Assembly: GCA_039024555.1 (NCBI GenBank)
Contig: JBCCQQ010000008.1
Span: 32,001 to 96,000 of the forward strand
DNA length: 64,000 bases
Origin: Cyanobacteria bacterium P01_D01_bin.156
Lineage (GTDB): Bacteria; Cyanobacteriota; Cyanobacteriia; Phormidesmidales; Phormidesmidaceae
Direction: 5' to 3'
This document shows positions 20,832 through 32,700 of this stretch, piece by piece. The position numbers were made by a program, and so were the translations under genes. Positions within the stretch are counted from its first letter, which is position 1. Every line of letters begins with the position of its first letter. A model generated the notes under the pieces. That model made no database searches, was not told where the DNA came from, and was given only the letters and a program-made list of their open reading frames with translations.

Positions 20832-21902
20832 ATGCAATTCAGCCTTTTTTACTTTGACGGTGATGGATTAAACCCTTCAGAAAATCCATACAAATTATTA
20901 ATTGAGAGTGCAAAATTTGCCGACAAAAATGGCTTTAGCGCCGTGTGGACTCCCGAACGCCATTTCCATGCTTTTGGCGGGCTATATCCTAACCCGGCCA
21001 TGACCAGCGCCGCTCTGTCCATGGTTACTGAGAATATTCAACTTCGGGCAGGTAGCGTAGTGCTGCCACTACATCATCCCGTACGGGTAGCTGAGGACTG
21101 GGCTGTAGTTGATCAACTATCCAACGGACGGGCCGCCGTTGCTTTTGCCTCCGGCTGGACAATGGATGAATTTATCCTTTCGCAGGAGCCCCATGGTAGT
21201 CGTAAAGCCGTTATGTGGCAGGGAATTGAAGCCGTCAAAAAGCTTTGGCAAGGTGAGGCTGTGGAATTCTCAGACGCCACTGGACGCCAGGTGAACGCGC
21301 AAACTTTACCTAAGCCAAAGCAGCCTGAATTGCCTATCTGGGTGACCTGCCAATCCATGGAAACCTTTATCGAAGCAGGACGATTAGGGGCAAATATTTT
21401 GACCTCTCTTTTGGGTGAAACCCTAGATCAGGTAGCTCCCAAAATTCAGCGCTATAGAGAATCCATAAAAAAGCATGGTCACGATCCACAATCCTGCACG
21501 GTATCTATGATGATGCACACCTTTTTAGGTGCAGATTTAGACAAGGTAAAAGAGGATATTCGTCAACCCTTTTGTGATTATTTAAAGACTCACTATGGAT
21601 TGCTCGAAAATCTAGCAAAAGGTATGGGATTAAACGTCAGACTTTCGGATTTTTCTGACGATGATTTAGATAGTTTGCTATTATTTGGTGTAGAGGGGTT
21701 TATGAAAGATCGTTCCTTAATCGGAACATCTCAAAGTTGCCAACCATTTATCCAAAAGTTGGAAAGCGTAGGTGTTGACGAGATTGCCTGTTTGATTGAC
21801 TTTGTACAGGATTTTGATACTGTCATGGGCTCGTTGCCATATCTCAGTCAGCTTCAGCAGCTAGTTCAGACACCTACGGAACAGAAAATGGTTGTAGCTT
21901 AG
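20832..21902 (+). CDS. Free-standing FMN-dependent luciferase-like monooxygenase (natural-product LLM, MupA-like family)
   Basis: N-terminus MQFSLFYF...AKFADKNGFSAVWTPERHFHAFGGLYPNP, LRAGSVVLPLHHPVRVAEDW and C-terminal GVDEIACLIDF are typical of LLM domains in PKS/NRPS clusters. Confidence 0.92.
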   Translation: MQFSLFYFDGDGLNPSENPYKLLIESAKFADKNGFSAVWTPERHFHAFGGLYPNPAMTSAALSMVTENIQLRAGSVVLPLHHPVRVAEDWAVVDQLSNGRAAVAFASGWTMDEFILSQEPHGSRKAVMWQGIEAVKKLWQGEAVEFSDATGRQVNAQTLPKPKQPELPIWVTCQSMETFIEAGRLGANILTSLLGETLDQVAPKIQRYRESIKKHGHDPQSCTVSMMMHTFLGADLDKVKEDIRQPFCDYLKTHYGLLENLAKGMGLNVRLSDFSDDDLDSLLLFGVEGFMKDRSLIGTSQSCQPFIQKLESVGVDEIACLIDFVQDFDTVMGSLPYLSQLQQLVQTPTEQKMVVA

Positions 21903-21998
21903 GCAGCTAATCATTGCTGTTCAGTTCTATGAAGCCATTTAGGAAAGAATTTCCTCGGTCGAAAATGGCTGATGCCTTGAAGAGACAGACACATAACC

Positions 21999-24900
21999 AT
22001 GAGTAATTCGCTATCCTCTACATCTGCACTGCGAGATCGTATCTCGTCGCTTTCTCCAGCGCAGAGGAAGCTTTTACGGCAGCAGCTTGAAGCCAAAGGG
22101 ATTTCCTGGGATAAGGTGGCAGGTACTTGTTCTACAGATGCAGAACGCCCCGAACGGTTACCCCTTTCGCCATCACAAAGGCACTTGTGGGTTATTCACC
22201 AGCTGTATCCCGAGACATCAGCCTATAACATTGCTATTACGTTACGGCTAACGGGTGAGTTAAATATACAAGCTCTTACCCAAAGTCTGCAGGCAGTTGT
22301 TCAACGCCATGAGTCTCTAAGAACAGTTTTTGTTCAGCAAGATGACCATCCGTATCAGAGAATTTTGTCGAAGTTGTCGATACAAATTCCTTTTAAGGAT
22401 CTACGGCATGTGTCTAACCCATCGGACACTGTGGATAAGCGGCAGAAACAACTGGCTCATCAGCCCTTTGATCTGGAGCTGGGTCCGTTAATTCGCGCTC
22501 AACTACTGCAACTTGAAAACGACCAGTTTGAATTTATCCTGGTGCTCCACCATCTGGTTGGGGATGGTTGGTCTAGAGGGGTACTGCTTCAGGAATTAGC
22601 CGCTTTCTATCGGGGATATTGCACCAAGCGGCCAACAAATTTACCAGTACTTCAGATTCAGTATGCTGATCATGTTTTACGGCAGCAGTCTCAGTCTCAG
22701 AAGCATTATTATCAGAAGCATTTAGCCTATTGGAAACATCAGCTAGCGAATCTTTTACCTCTAGATTTGCCTGGTCGAACTAGCACTGCCCCATCCACTC
22801 AGAATCCCGATTTTGCCAGCCGGACCCTCACCTGTACGTTTTCACGTGAGCAAACTCAGCTTATTAAACAACTGAGTCAGCAATCTGGGGCAACGCTCTT
22901 TATGGTGTTGCTGGCCATATTTAAGTTGTTGCTACATCGCTACAGTGGACAGCAAGATCTCGCTGTTGGTGTCCCCGTTGCCGGACGTAATACGGCAGAT
23001 GTTGAGCCACTGATCGGCTTTTTTGTGAATACTCTAGTGCTGCGCACTCAGCTCAAAGATCAGCCGGCGTTTCGCGATTGGCTCAAGCAGGTGCAGGGGA
23101 CTGTTGCCGATGCTTTACAGCACCAGGATATTCCCTTTGCTGAAGTGGTGGATGCTCTGGACGTAGAACGCATTCCGGGACAAAATCCTCTGTTCCAGGT
23201 AATGTTCCAGGTGCAAAGTGGCTATCAGCTACAGAATGCTGAGCACTTGGCTGTGGATATGCCAGGAGTATCCATAGAGCAGGGATGGATCGAACTTAAT
23301 CAAACTAAGTTTGACATGAGCTGGCATGTGATTGAGCGGGACGAGTCACTGTTGGTGGCTGTGGAGTATCGAACTGCAATATTTGAGTGCGATCGCATCC
23401 AAACCATGCTCAGCCATTTCCAAACGCTGACAACGGCTGTTTTAGCCAATCCTGATGCTTCTGTTGCAGAGCTATTTATTCTCTCCCCTCAAGAAAGACG
23501 TCAGCTAATAGAGTGGGGCCAAGGAAAAGTTGTTGTTGAGCCTTCTAGAAGGTTTTTCCCACAACGATTTGAGGAACAGGTAGAGAAGACACCGGACAGC
23601 GTTGCCATTCAGGTAGACTCTCCGAATTGCGGATTACAGACACTCACCTATCAGCACCTGAACCAAAGAGCAAATCAGCTTGCCCATTGGCTCGAAGATC
23701 AGGGTGTCGGACCAGAAAGTTTAGTAGGCGTATGTCTCTCCCATGGGGTGGATCTCATGGTAGCGTTGCTGGGCACACTGAAAGCCGGTGGAGCCTACAT
23801 CCCCTTAGATCCGTCTTTACCCAGGACACGTCTGCAATACATGGTGGACGATGCTAATCCTAGGGTTTTACTCACTCAGAGTCAGCATTTAAGCCGTTTA
23901 CTAACAGAAGACAACCCCGCAGATATTCGCAGCAAAGTTGTTCTCCTCTTCGATAAAGACGAACAGGTTTTAACAGAACAGTCTGTTATTGATCCAAAAA
24001 TTAAGATTACCCCCGAGAACCTGGCCTACGTTATATATACCTCAGGTTCAACCGGCCAGCCCAAGGGCACCCTACTTACCCATCGAGGACTGATCAACTA
24101 TTTGGACTGGTGTGTTGCTGCCTATCCGTTGTCTGAAGGCAAAGGCGTTCCCATACCATCATCTATCGGATTTGACGCCACCATTACCAGCCTGTTCTCA
24201 CCGCTATTAGTGGGTCAATCGCTGATTTTCAATACCGATATTTCTGAAATTGAAGCGATTCAATCCGCACTCTCCGCCGGAGTCAGCCTGATTAAACTTA
24301 CTCCCGCCCACCTAAGAGCACTGCAGCCTATACTCAGTGGCCAGTCCCTAGATAAAGATAGCCTACCCAAAGCCCTAGTAATCGGTGGGGAAGCTCTTCA
24401 TGATCATCACGTTAGCCTCTGGAGAGAACAATATCCAGAAGTAACCCTAATTAATGAATATGGCCCAACAGAAGCCGTTGTGGGCTGCTGCGTACACTGG
24501 GTAAGCCATGACGACCAGGGCAGTCTACCCATCGGTCGTCCCATTGATGGCGTCCAGTTTTACGTATTGGATCAATATCTAGAACCAGTACCCGTAGGTA
24601 TTCCAGGAGAACTTTATATCGGTGGCTCTGGTGTTGCCCGTGGATATTTGAATCGCCCAGATTTAACAGCAGAAAAGTTTATTCAAAATCCCTTTGTCGA
24701 GGAGCAGGAGAATAGAAGAGAGCCCCCATCAACCCTCTATAAAACGGGCGACCTAGCCTATTACACCCAAACCGGCACCCTACATTACTTGGGTCGCATT
24801 GATAACCAGATCAAGGTGCGCGGTTTCCGCATTGAACCGGGTGAAATTGAGGCGTTACTCTGTCAACATGCCCAAGTGGATCAGGCTGTTGTTCTGTTGA

Positions 24901-26759
24901 ACCAAGATCATGATCGTGAAAGGCTGGTTGCTTATATAGTTTTCTCGCATAAGGATTCTTCTGATGACAGTTCTTCTCAACTGATTGCTGAGCTTAGGAC
25001 CCATGCGGCTCAAGTGCTACCTGCCTATATGATGCCCACTCAATTTGTGGAGCTGGAGCAGCTGCCTCTCACCAGCAACGGTAAAGTTGATCGAACAGCC
25101 TTACCTAAGCCAAGCATTAAGCAATTTATTCAGGCCAAGGGCTCACCACAGACTGAAAAAGAAGAGGTTCTATTAGATATTTGGCAACAAATTTTAGGCA
25201 GTCAGTCTGTGGGTGTCCATGATAATTTCTTTGAGTTGGGTGGGGATTCTATCTCAGCCATGCAGATTGTTGCCAAGGCGCAGCAGAAAGGATTGTCATT
25301 GACACCGACACAGCTATTTGAGCATCAAACTGTTGCAACCCAGGCCGCTGTTGCCACACAAAAGACTTCTTCAATTCCCCAGACTTCTGTCGTTGGTAAA
25401 GCCCCCCTTGGTCCTATACAGTGGGACTTCTTTGAGCAGGAGCTGCCAGTCCCCAACCACTATAATCAGTCCGTTATGGTAGTGGTTAAGCCAGAGACTA
25501 ACATTGAGCATCTGAAAACTGGTTTGCAACTATTGGTGGATCATCATGATGCGCTTCGACTAAGGTTTCGGAAAGATTCAGAACAGTCTAACTGGCAACA
25601 GTATTATCAGCCTGCTGGAACGGTTGAGGTGCCAGTGAAATGTTTAGAGGTGGCGGATGAACGTCAACTGACTGAGGCTGTTGAGAAACTCCAGGCAAGT
25701 CTTGATCTCACCACAGGCCCTTTATTTAGAGCAGCTCTTTTACGGCTGCAAACCGGCGATAGTCGGCTACTGCTAGTTGCACACCATCTAATTGTTGATG
25801 GGGTTTCCTGGCGTATTCTGTTGGCTGACCTGCTAGACATTTATGGCCAGCTAGAAGCGCAGCAAATGCCGATGCTACCCCAGAAGAGTACCGCGTTTGG
25901 CGATTGGGCTCGCCATGTTCAACAACAGTCTTTTGCAGCCGAATCTGCCCATTGGCTAGACATGTGTAAGGCGGTTCCCCCCTTACCTGTAGACGATTCT
26001 GAGGTTGCCAACATTGTCAAACATCAAACGCAGATTTCTGTTTCTCTAGACGAACAACAAACAGCGCGACTGAAAGCTTTGAAGCTGCCCGTTGATTTAC
26101 TGCTAACAACGGCCTTGGCTCAAACTATTTACCAATGGAGCCGCAATCAAACGCTGGTGATTGATACAGAAGATCACGGTCGCCATAGCTGGAATGATGA
26201 CATCGAGCTGTCGCGCACCGTGGGTTGGTTTACGGCCCTGTTCCCAATCAGGCTATCGCTGCCATTGGGGTCGCTGGATGAACAGCTTACCTATGTGCAG
26301 CAAACCTTGGGCCAAGTGCCTAATCACGGGGTGGGCTATGGTGCTCTGCGAGCGGCTCAGCAGCTTCACCTAAAGTCTCCTGCTCAGATTAGTTTTAACT
26401 ATCTAGGTAGGTTGGATCTGAGCAATTCGGGCGGATTTATTCAGGGTTTAGCACCAGAAACAGTGACGGCAGTGCGCCATGGGGATAACGCTTGCCGCTA
26501 TTTGATGGAAGTGATTGCATTTGTTCAGTCTGATGCGGCTGCCGATACGCTAAAAGTAACCTGGCGCTATGGGCAAGGTTGTTATCGTCGTCGTACGGTG
26601 GAGCAGCTTTCCCAGCGATATTTAACGAATCTAAAATCGCTGATTTCCCACTGCGATAGTAGTGCTAACGTTCAGCAGGCACCGTCTAGAGCTAGCCGTG
26701 TGGATTCACAGCAGCTTAGCCAGTTAATGAGTAAGCTGGCAGCTAGGGGGAGGACATAA
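21999..26759 (+). CDS. NRPS C-A(Asn)-T-E
   Basis: C HHLVGDGWS. A YTSGSTGQPKG, with hand-extracted code DATKVGEVGK (Asn-type). T LGGDSI. E HHLIVDGVSW and RTVGWFT. Confidence 0.9.
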   Translation: MSNSLSSTSALRDRISSLSPAQRKLLRQQLEAKGISWDKVAGTCSTDAERPERLPLSPSQRHLWVIHQLYPETSAYNIAITLRLTGELNIQALTQSLQAVVQRHESLRTVFVQQDDHPYQRILSKLSIQIPFKDLRHVSNPSDTVDKRQKQLAHQPFDLELGPLIRAQLLQLENDQFEFILVLHHLVGDGWSRGVLLQELAAFYRGYCTKRPTNLPVLQIQYADHVLRQQSQSQKHYYQKHLAYWKHQLANLLPLDLPGRTSTAPSTQNPDFASRTLTCTFSREQTQLIKQLSQQSGATLFMVLLAIFKLLLHRYSGQQDLAVGVPVAGRNTADVEPLIGFFVNTLVLRTQLKDQPAFRDWLKQVQGTVADALQHQDIPFAEVVDALDVERIPGQNPLFQVMFQVQSGYQLQNAEHLAVDMPGVSIEQGWIELNQTKFDMSWHVIERDESLLVAVEYRTAIFECDRIQTMLSHFQTLTTAVLANPDASVAELFILSPQERRQLIEWGQGKVVVEPSRRFFPQRFEEQVEKTPDSVAIQVDSPNCGLQTLTYQHLNQRANQLAHWLEDQGVGPESLVGVCLSHGVDLMVALLGTLKAGGAYIPLDPSLPRTRLQYMVDDANPRVLLTQSQHLSRLLTEDNPADIRSKVVLLFDKDEQVLTEQSVIDPKIKITPENLAYVIYTSGSTGQPKGTLLTHRGLINYLDWCVAAYPLSEGKGVPIPSSIGFDATITSLFSPLLVGQSLIFNTDISEIEAIQSALSAGVSLIKLTPAHLRALQPILSGQSLDKDSLPKALVIGGEALHDHHVSLWREQYPEVTLINEYGPTEAVVGCCVHWVSHDDQGSLPIGRPIDGVQFYVLDQYLEPVPVGIPGELYIGGSGVARGYLNRPDLTAEKFIQNPFVEEQENRREPPSTLYKTGDLAYYTQTGTLHYLGRIDNQIKVRGFRIEPGEIEALLCQHAQVDQAVVLLNQDHDRERLVAYIVFSHKDSSDDSSSQLIAELRTHAAQVLPAYMMPTQFVELEQLPLTSNGKVDRTALPKPSIKQFIQAKGSPQTEKEEVLLDIWQQILGSQSVGVHDNFFELGGDSISAMQIVAKAQQKGLSLTPTQLFEHQTVATQAAVATQKTSSIPQTSVVGKAPLGPIQWDFFEQELPVPNHYNQSVMVVVKPETNIEHLKTGLQLLVDHHDALRLRFRKDSEQSNWQQYYQPAGTVEVPVKCLEVADERQLTEAVEKLQASLDLTTGPLFRAALLRLQTGDSRLLLVAHHLIVDGVSWRILLADLLDIYGQLEAQQMPMLPQKSTAFGDWARHVQQQSFAAESAHWLDMCKAVPPLPVDDSEVANIVKHQTQISVSLDEQQTARLKALKLPVDLLLTTALAQTIYQWSRNQTLVIDTEDHGRHSWNDDIELSRTVGWFTALFPIRLSLPLGSLDEQLTYVQQTLGQVPNHGVGYGALRAAQQLHLKSPAQISFNYLGRLDLSNSGGFIQGLAPETVTAVRHGDNACRYLMEVIAFVQSDAAADTLKVTWRYGQGCYRRRTVEQLSQRYLTNLKSLISHCDSSANVQQAPSRASRVDSQQLSQLMSKLAARGRT

Positions 26760-26761
26760 CC

Positions 26762-29700
26762 ATGGCAAATGTTGTGGACATCTATGAACTTTCTCCCACT
26801 CAGCAGGGAATGCTCTTCCATACAGTGTATGCGCCAGAATCGGGCACTTATTTAGAACAGCGTCACTGTCTCCTAGAAGGAGAGTTAAATATTCAGGCAT
26901 TTAAGGCGGCCTGGCAACTGGTGATTGATCGCCACAGCGTACTACGTACTGAGTTTCACTGGCAAGAAACCGACCAGCCGCTACAGGTGGTTTATGACAC
27001 CGTTAAGCTGCCATGGTTTGAAGAAGATTGGCAAGAGTTTACGACCGAGCAACATGCAGACAAGCTAGAGACTTTTCTAACTTTAGAGCGACTGCAGGGG
27101 TTTCAGTTGGATCAGGCTCCGCTAATGCGCTGTGCTTTATTTACCCTGGCAGACAATCAGCATCGTTTTGTCTGGAGCTATCACCATCTACTGATGGATG
27201 GATGGTGCAATGGGGTATTGCTCAAGGAGGTGCTGTCAGCGTATCAGGTAATTTGTCGCCACAGTACCCCGGTTCTGCCTCCCACTAAGAACTATCGTAC
27301 CTACATTGACTGGCTACAGCAGCAGGATCAGGCGAAGGCGGAAGCCTACTGGAAAGAAAAATTACAAGGATTTAGTGCCCCGACTCCCTTAGGCATTAAC
27401 CGACAAAGACATCAGGGTTCTCGATCGCAGGAAACAGCCTATGGAGAACAGCAACGTTGGCTATCTGTAGTACTTTCCAACGATTTACAGACATTTGCAA
27501 AGCAGTCTCGTCTGACTTTGAATACTCTCTTCCAAGGGGCCTGGGCCTTAATGCTCAAGCGCTACAGCGGCTCAGATGATGTCATGTTTGGCATCACTGT
27601 ATCCGGGCGTCCGCCGGAGTTATCGGGTGTTGAGTCGATGGTTGGATTGTTTATTAATACAGTGCCGTTGCGATCTCACCTCGCTCCAAATCAGCCTCTC
27701 CTACCTTGGCTACAGCAGCTACAAAAAGATCAGCGCGATCGCGAAACCTACGGGTACAGCGCTCTGACTGATCTCCAGTCCTGGAGTGATGTACCTAGGG
27801 GCACGCCTCTGTTCGAAAGTTTGTTGGTGTTTGAAAATTATCCCATTTCCATAGAAGCCGCCACCCAGGGGGCCGATCTAAAAATTCGCGATGGTCAAGG
27901 ATACGAGCGCACCAACTATCCAATGACCTTGGTGGTGGTTCCAGGCGAATCTATTCAGCTCAGCCTACGTTATGACAGCGGCTATATTTCTGAGGCCGCT
28001 GCCCAAAGACTCTTAGGCCATCTAGAGACAATTTTAGGTAGCTTTGTTGTTAGTCCACAGCAGCCCCTAGATTGTTTACCGCTGCTACAAACAGCTGAGC
28101 AACAACAGCTAAATCAGCTAGCCCAAGGAAAGATAGCTGATGTTTATCCCTATGGAATCCAGCATCAGTTTGAGCGTCAAACCAGCAAAACACCCAAGGC
28201 AACGGCAGTCACATTTACATCAGGCAGCACCAAATCAGAATCCCTGAGCTATCAGCAGCTCAACGAACGATCCAATCAACTAGCCCATTACCTGATTCGC
28301 CAGGACATTGGCCAAGGTTCTAGAGTTGGCATTTGTCTCCATCGTTCTTTAGACATGGTGGTGGGTCTTCTCGGTATTCTTAAGACAGGTGCCGCCTATG
28401 TGCCCTTAGACCCCGATTTTCCCTCCGAGCGTCTGAGTTATATTGTTGCTGATGCCCAGATTGATTTACTTTTGACGAATAGTGATACAGCGGCAGATCT
28501 TAAGCAAATCGTTTTATCTATAGATCTAGACACCCAGTCACACCGAATCTTACAACAGTCTACGAAGAATCTTTCATTGCACATCAGTCTGGATGTTATC
28601 GCCTATATTCTCTACACTAGCGGCAGCACAGGAAAACCAAAGGGTGTACCTATTCGTCACGACAGCCTAGCCAACTTTTTAGAAACGATGGCCGATGCCC
28701 CCGGCATTGACGCAACAGATTCGCTGCTGGCCGTCACTACGCTATCTTTCGATATAGCAGCATTAGAACTCTTTTTACCTCTAGTCACTGGAGCCCAGGT
28801 GGTGCTGACGCCCCGTGAGGTGGTGCAAGACGCAGACCAACTAGCGGCAACTCTACAAAACCACAGCATTACAATGATGCAGGCGACGCCAGCCACCTGG
28901 CGGTTGCTGATGGATAGTCACTGGCAGGGGTCTGCGAACCTCAAAATTCTCTGCGGTGGAGAAGCATTAGATTTATCCTTAGCCCGATATCTCTTAGATC
29001 AGGGCAATGAAGTTTGGAACCTATATGGTCCTACTGAAACAACCATTTGGTCTGGAGCTTTGCAGATTACTCAGGAGCATCTAGAAACAGGCAATGTTCC
29101 CATCGGTACTCCCATTGCCAACACTCAATTTTATGTGCTTGACCAGCAGCAACGGCTTGTACCCATGGGAATACCAGGAGAGCTTTATATTGGCGGTAGC
29201 GGTCTAAGCACAGGCTACTGGCAACGACCTGAACTCACTGCTAAAAAGTTTGTTGCGGTACCCGATGGTCTAATGGTGAGCAGTGAGCGTCTGTATAGAA
29301 CTGGTGATCTTGTTTGTTACCGTGAAAATGGCACCCTGGACTATCTAGGGCGGTTGGATAATCAGATTAAGCTGCGCGGCTTTAGGATTGAAACCGGCGA
29401 TATTGAGGCGGTTTTATCTAGTCATGAGCAGATAAATCAGGCTGTTGTCAGCCTACGGGAACAGCAGTTAGTTGCCTATGTGATATCTAATGAGAAAGGT
29501 CACCTACAGACTGATATTTTAGTTGACGACCTGCGTCGATTGGCAAGTCGACAGCTTCCTGTTTATATGCTGCCCACAGCCTATGCGGTGCTGGAATCAT
29601 TCCCCCTAACACCCAATGGCAAGGTGGATCGAAAGGCATTGCCTGCGCCAGAAGTAACGATTCGGAATAAAACCCAGCCCCGTACCCCCAGGGAACAGCT

Positions 29701-32700
29701 GATTGCTGGGATCTGGGCCAATGTTCTCAGTATCCAAGAGGTGGCCCTAGAAGATAATTTCTTTGAGCTGGGGGGCCACTCTTTGCTGGCGACGCGGGTA
29801 ATTGCCCAGGTGCGTCAGGTATTGGATGTAGAGGTGCCGTTGCGATCGCTATTTGAGCAACCCACGCTAGCGGACTTTATCCGGGCACTCGAAACAAACC
29901 AGGAACAGTCACTGCCGCCCATCCTTCCTAGAGATAAACAGCTTACCCTGTCCTATGCCCAGCAACGGCAGTGGTTGATGGCCCAGCTCGCCCCAGACAG
30001 TCGAGCTTACACCATTCCCACAGCGGTGCGTTTAACTGGCCATCTATCGGTTGAGCATCTCCATCACAGTCTGAGCGAGGTTATCAATCGCCATGGCACC
30101 TTGAGAACCCTTTATCCCACGGTAGATGGACAACCTGTTCCACAGATAGTTGCCCCTGAAAAAGCAGCCGCGCAGATCGCTATTGAACAAACTGATTTAA
30201 GCTCTCTTGAAAAAGTCTCCCAAAAAGTCAGGATTCAGGAGCTAATTCAACAGGAATCACAGCGCCCCTTTGACTTAGTCCAGGGTCCCCTGTGGCGCGC
30301 TCGTTTACTAAAGCTGCATACCCAAGAGCATATTCTGTTATTCAGCCTCCATCACATCGTTGCTGATGGCTGGTCCATGGGTATTCTCCTCAAGGAACTA
30401 ACTAGCTTCTATCGAGCATTTCAAACGAACACGACTGCTGATGTTCCTAGCTTGGACATTAGCTATGGTGACTATGCTGCTTGGCAGCGGTCCTTGGATC
30501 TCAACCATCAGCTCAGCTACTGGCAACAACAACTAGAGAACGCGGCTCCCCTGCTAGAGCTACCCACAGACTTTCCTCGACCGGCAGAGCCTTCTGCGGC
30601 AGGGGGAACCTACGAGTTTCGCCTATCGAAGCAGCAAACAGAGTCTCTTCAAAGCTTTAGTCAACAGCACGGTGTAACCTTATTTATGACCCTGTTGGCG
30701 GCATTTAAGGCACTGCTCTATCGCTATAGTGGCATTACCGATCTGCTGATCGGCACCCCCATTGCCAACCGTCGTCAGGCACAAACAGAGAATCTGATTG
30801 GGTTGTTTGTTAATACCCTGGTGCTGCGTACTGACCTTTCTAGCAACCCGCGATTTAGCGAACTGCTAGCCCAGGTACGCAGCATAGCTCTGGATGCCTA
30901 CAAACATCAGGATCTACCCTTTGAACAACTAATAGACCAGCTAAATATTCTCCGCAGTCAAAGTCACACGCCACTTTTTCAGGTAATGTTTGCGCTGCAG
31001 AATACGCCGCTGGAGTCGGTATCTCTGGATGGGTTAGAGTGGTCGCCGTTAACCGTAGGCACAAATACCGCTAAGTTTGACCTTACCCTGGAGATGAAGC
31101 AAACCAGCAAGGGGCTGGTAGGTGTTTTTGAATATCGTCAGGATCTGTTTAGTGCCGATACGATGCATCGTATGGCAGGACATTTGCGCACATTGTTAAA
31201 GGCATTGCCCGATAATGGCCAACTGCGCCTTTCCCAGCTACCCATGCTGCTAAAGCAGGATCTTCAACAGCTGCAGCAATGGCGACAAGGAACGACAGTG
31301 CAACCGGTAGAGCAGCCCTGCATCCATAAGCTGTTTGAGTCTCAGGTTAGTAGGAATGGCGATGCGATCGCACTTGTGCAAGCACAAACTAAAGTCACTT
31401 ATAACACCCTGAACCAGCAGGCCAACCAGCTTGCTCGATACCTACAGGAACAAGGTATTACTCCTGGAGAGAGAGTCGGTATTTGGGCGAGACGGACTCC
31501 CCAGACTATCGCAGCAATCCTGGCGATCCTTAAATCTGGAGCCACCTATGTACCCCTTGATTTTAACTATCCTTTAGAACGCCTCACCTGGATAGTTAAC
31601 GATACTGAGCTTAAGTTGCTGTTAGCAGACGATGACTCTGTTACCACTGAGATCAAGAATTTAGTCGATGTGGTCAATCTGGCGAGTATTAAACCTCACC
31701 TGGATATCTATCCCACAGGGAATCTTACTAGCCGTTCTTCCACACCCGATAGTCTCGCCTATATTCTCTATACGTCCGGCTCCACCGGTACTCCGAAGGG
31801 TGTATGTACTTCTCACCGTGGCATTGTCCGATTGGTGAATCATCCTAATTACGTTACGTTAGACGCCAGCGATAGTCTTCTCCAAGCTGCCCCTCTCACC
31901 TTTGATGCCTCCACCTTTGAAATCTGGGGAGCCCTCTTAAATGGTGGCAAGCTAGTGTTGTTGTCTGATCAAACACCATCGTTAGACGACCTCGGAGACG
32001 CCATTGTTGAACACAGCATAACCACACTTTGGCTAACATCAGGATTATTCAACCTGATGGTGGATGAACAGCTGAACAGTCTAAAGCCAGTTCGACAATT
32101 ATTGGCAGGAGGTGACGTGCTCTCCACTCGTCACCTAGGAAAAGCCATGACAGCTCTGGAGAACACGAGAATCCTCAACGGCTATGGTCCCACGGAAGGT
32201 ACCACCTTTACCTGCTGTCATCAGATTACCCTTGATGACTTAGATGAGGCCGTTCCAATCGGATCGCCCATTGACCATACCCAAATTTATGTGCTCGATG
32301 GCGACCTACAACAGGTTCCTCCTGGTTTACCAGGGGAGCTATACATCGGCGGTGCTGGCCTAGCCCAGGGATATCTCAATCGCCCAGAGCTAACGGCAGA
32401 AAAGTTCATTCCTAATCCGTTTTACGATATTCGTCAGCCTGGTAGCGATTGTTTTTACCTGTACAAGACAGGCGACCGAGTACGCTATAGGAACGATGGT
32501 ACTTTAGAATACCTGGGTCGTTTGGACCAGCAGGTGAAAATACGCGGCTTCCGGATTGAGCTAGGAGAAATTGAAACGGCTCTATGCCATCATCCCGATA
32601 TTCAGCAGGCAGTGGTGATTGTTGATGGTGAGACCGCAGAAAACAAGCGACTTGTAGCGTATCTTCAGACGGTTGCTCTTGACAAACAAAGCTCAGCTGT

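Noticed and set aside
16099..26759. Assignment to puwainaphycin/minutissamide- or microginin-type beta-amino lipopeptide clusters
   Set aside because: No aminotransferase domain accompanies the PKS module and monooxygenase here, and the predicted residue order does not fit.
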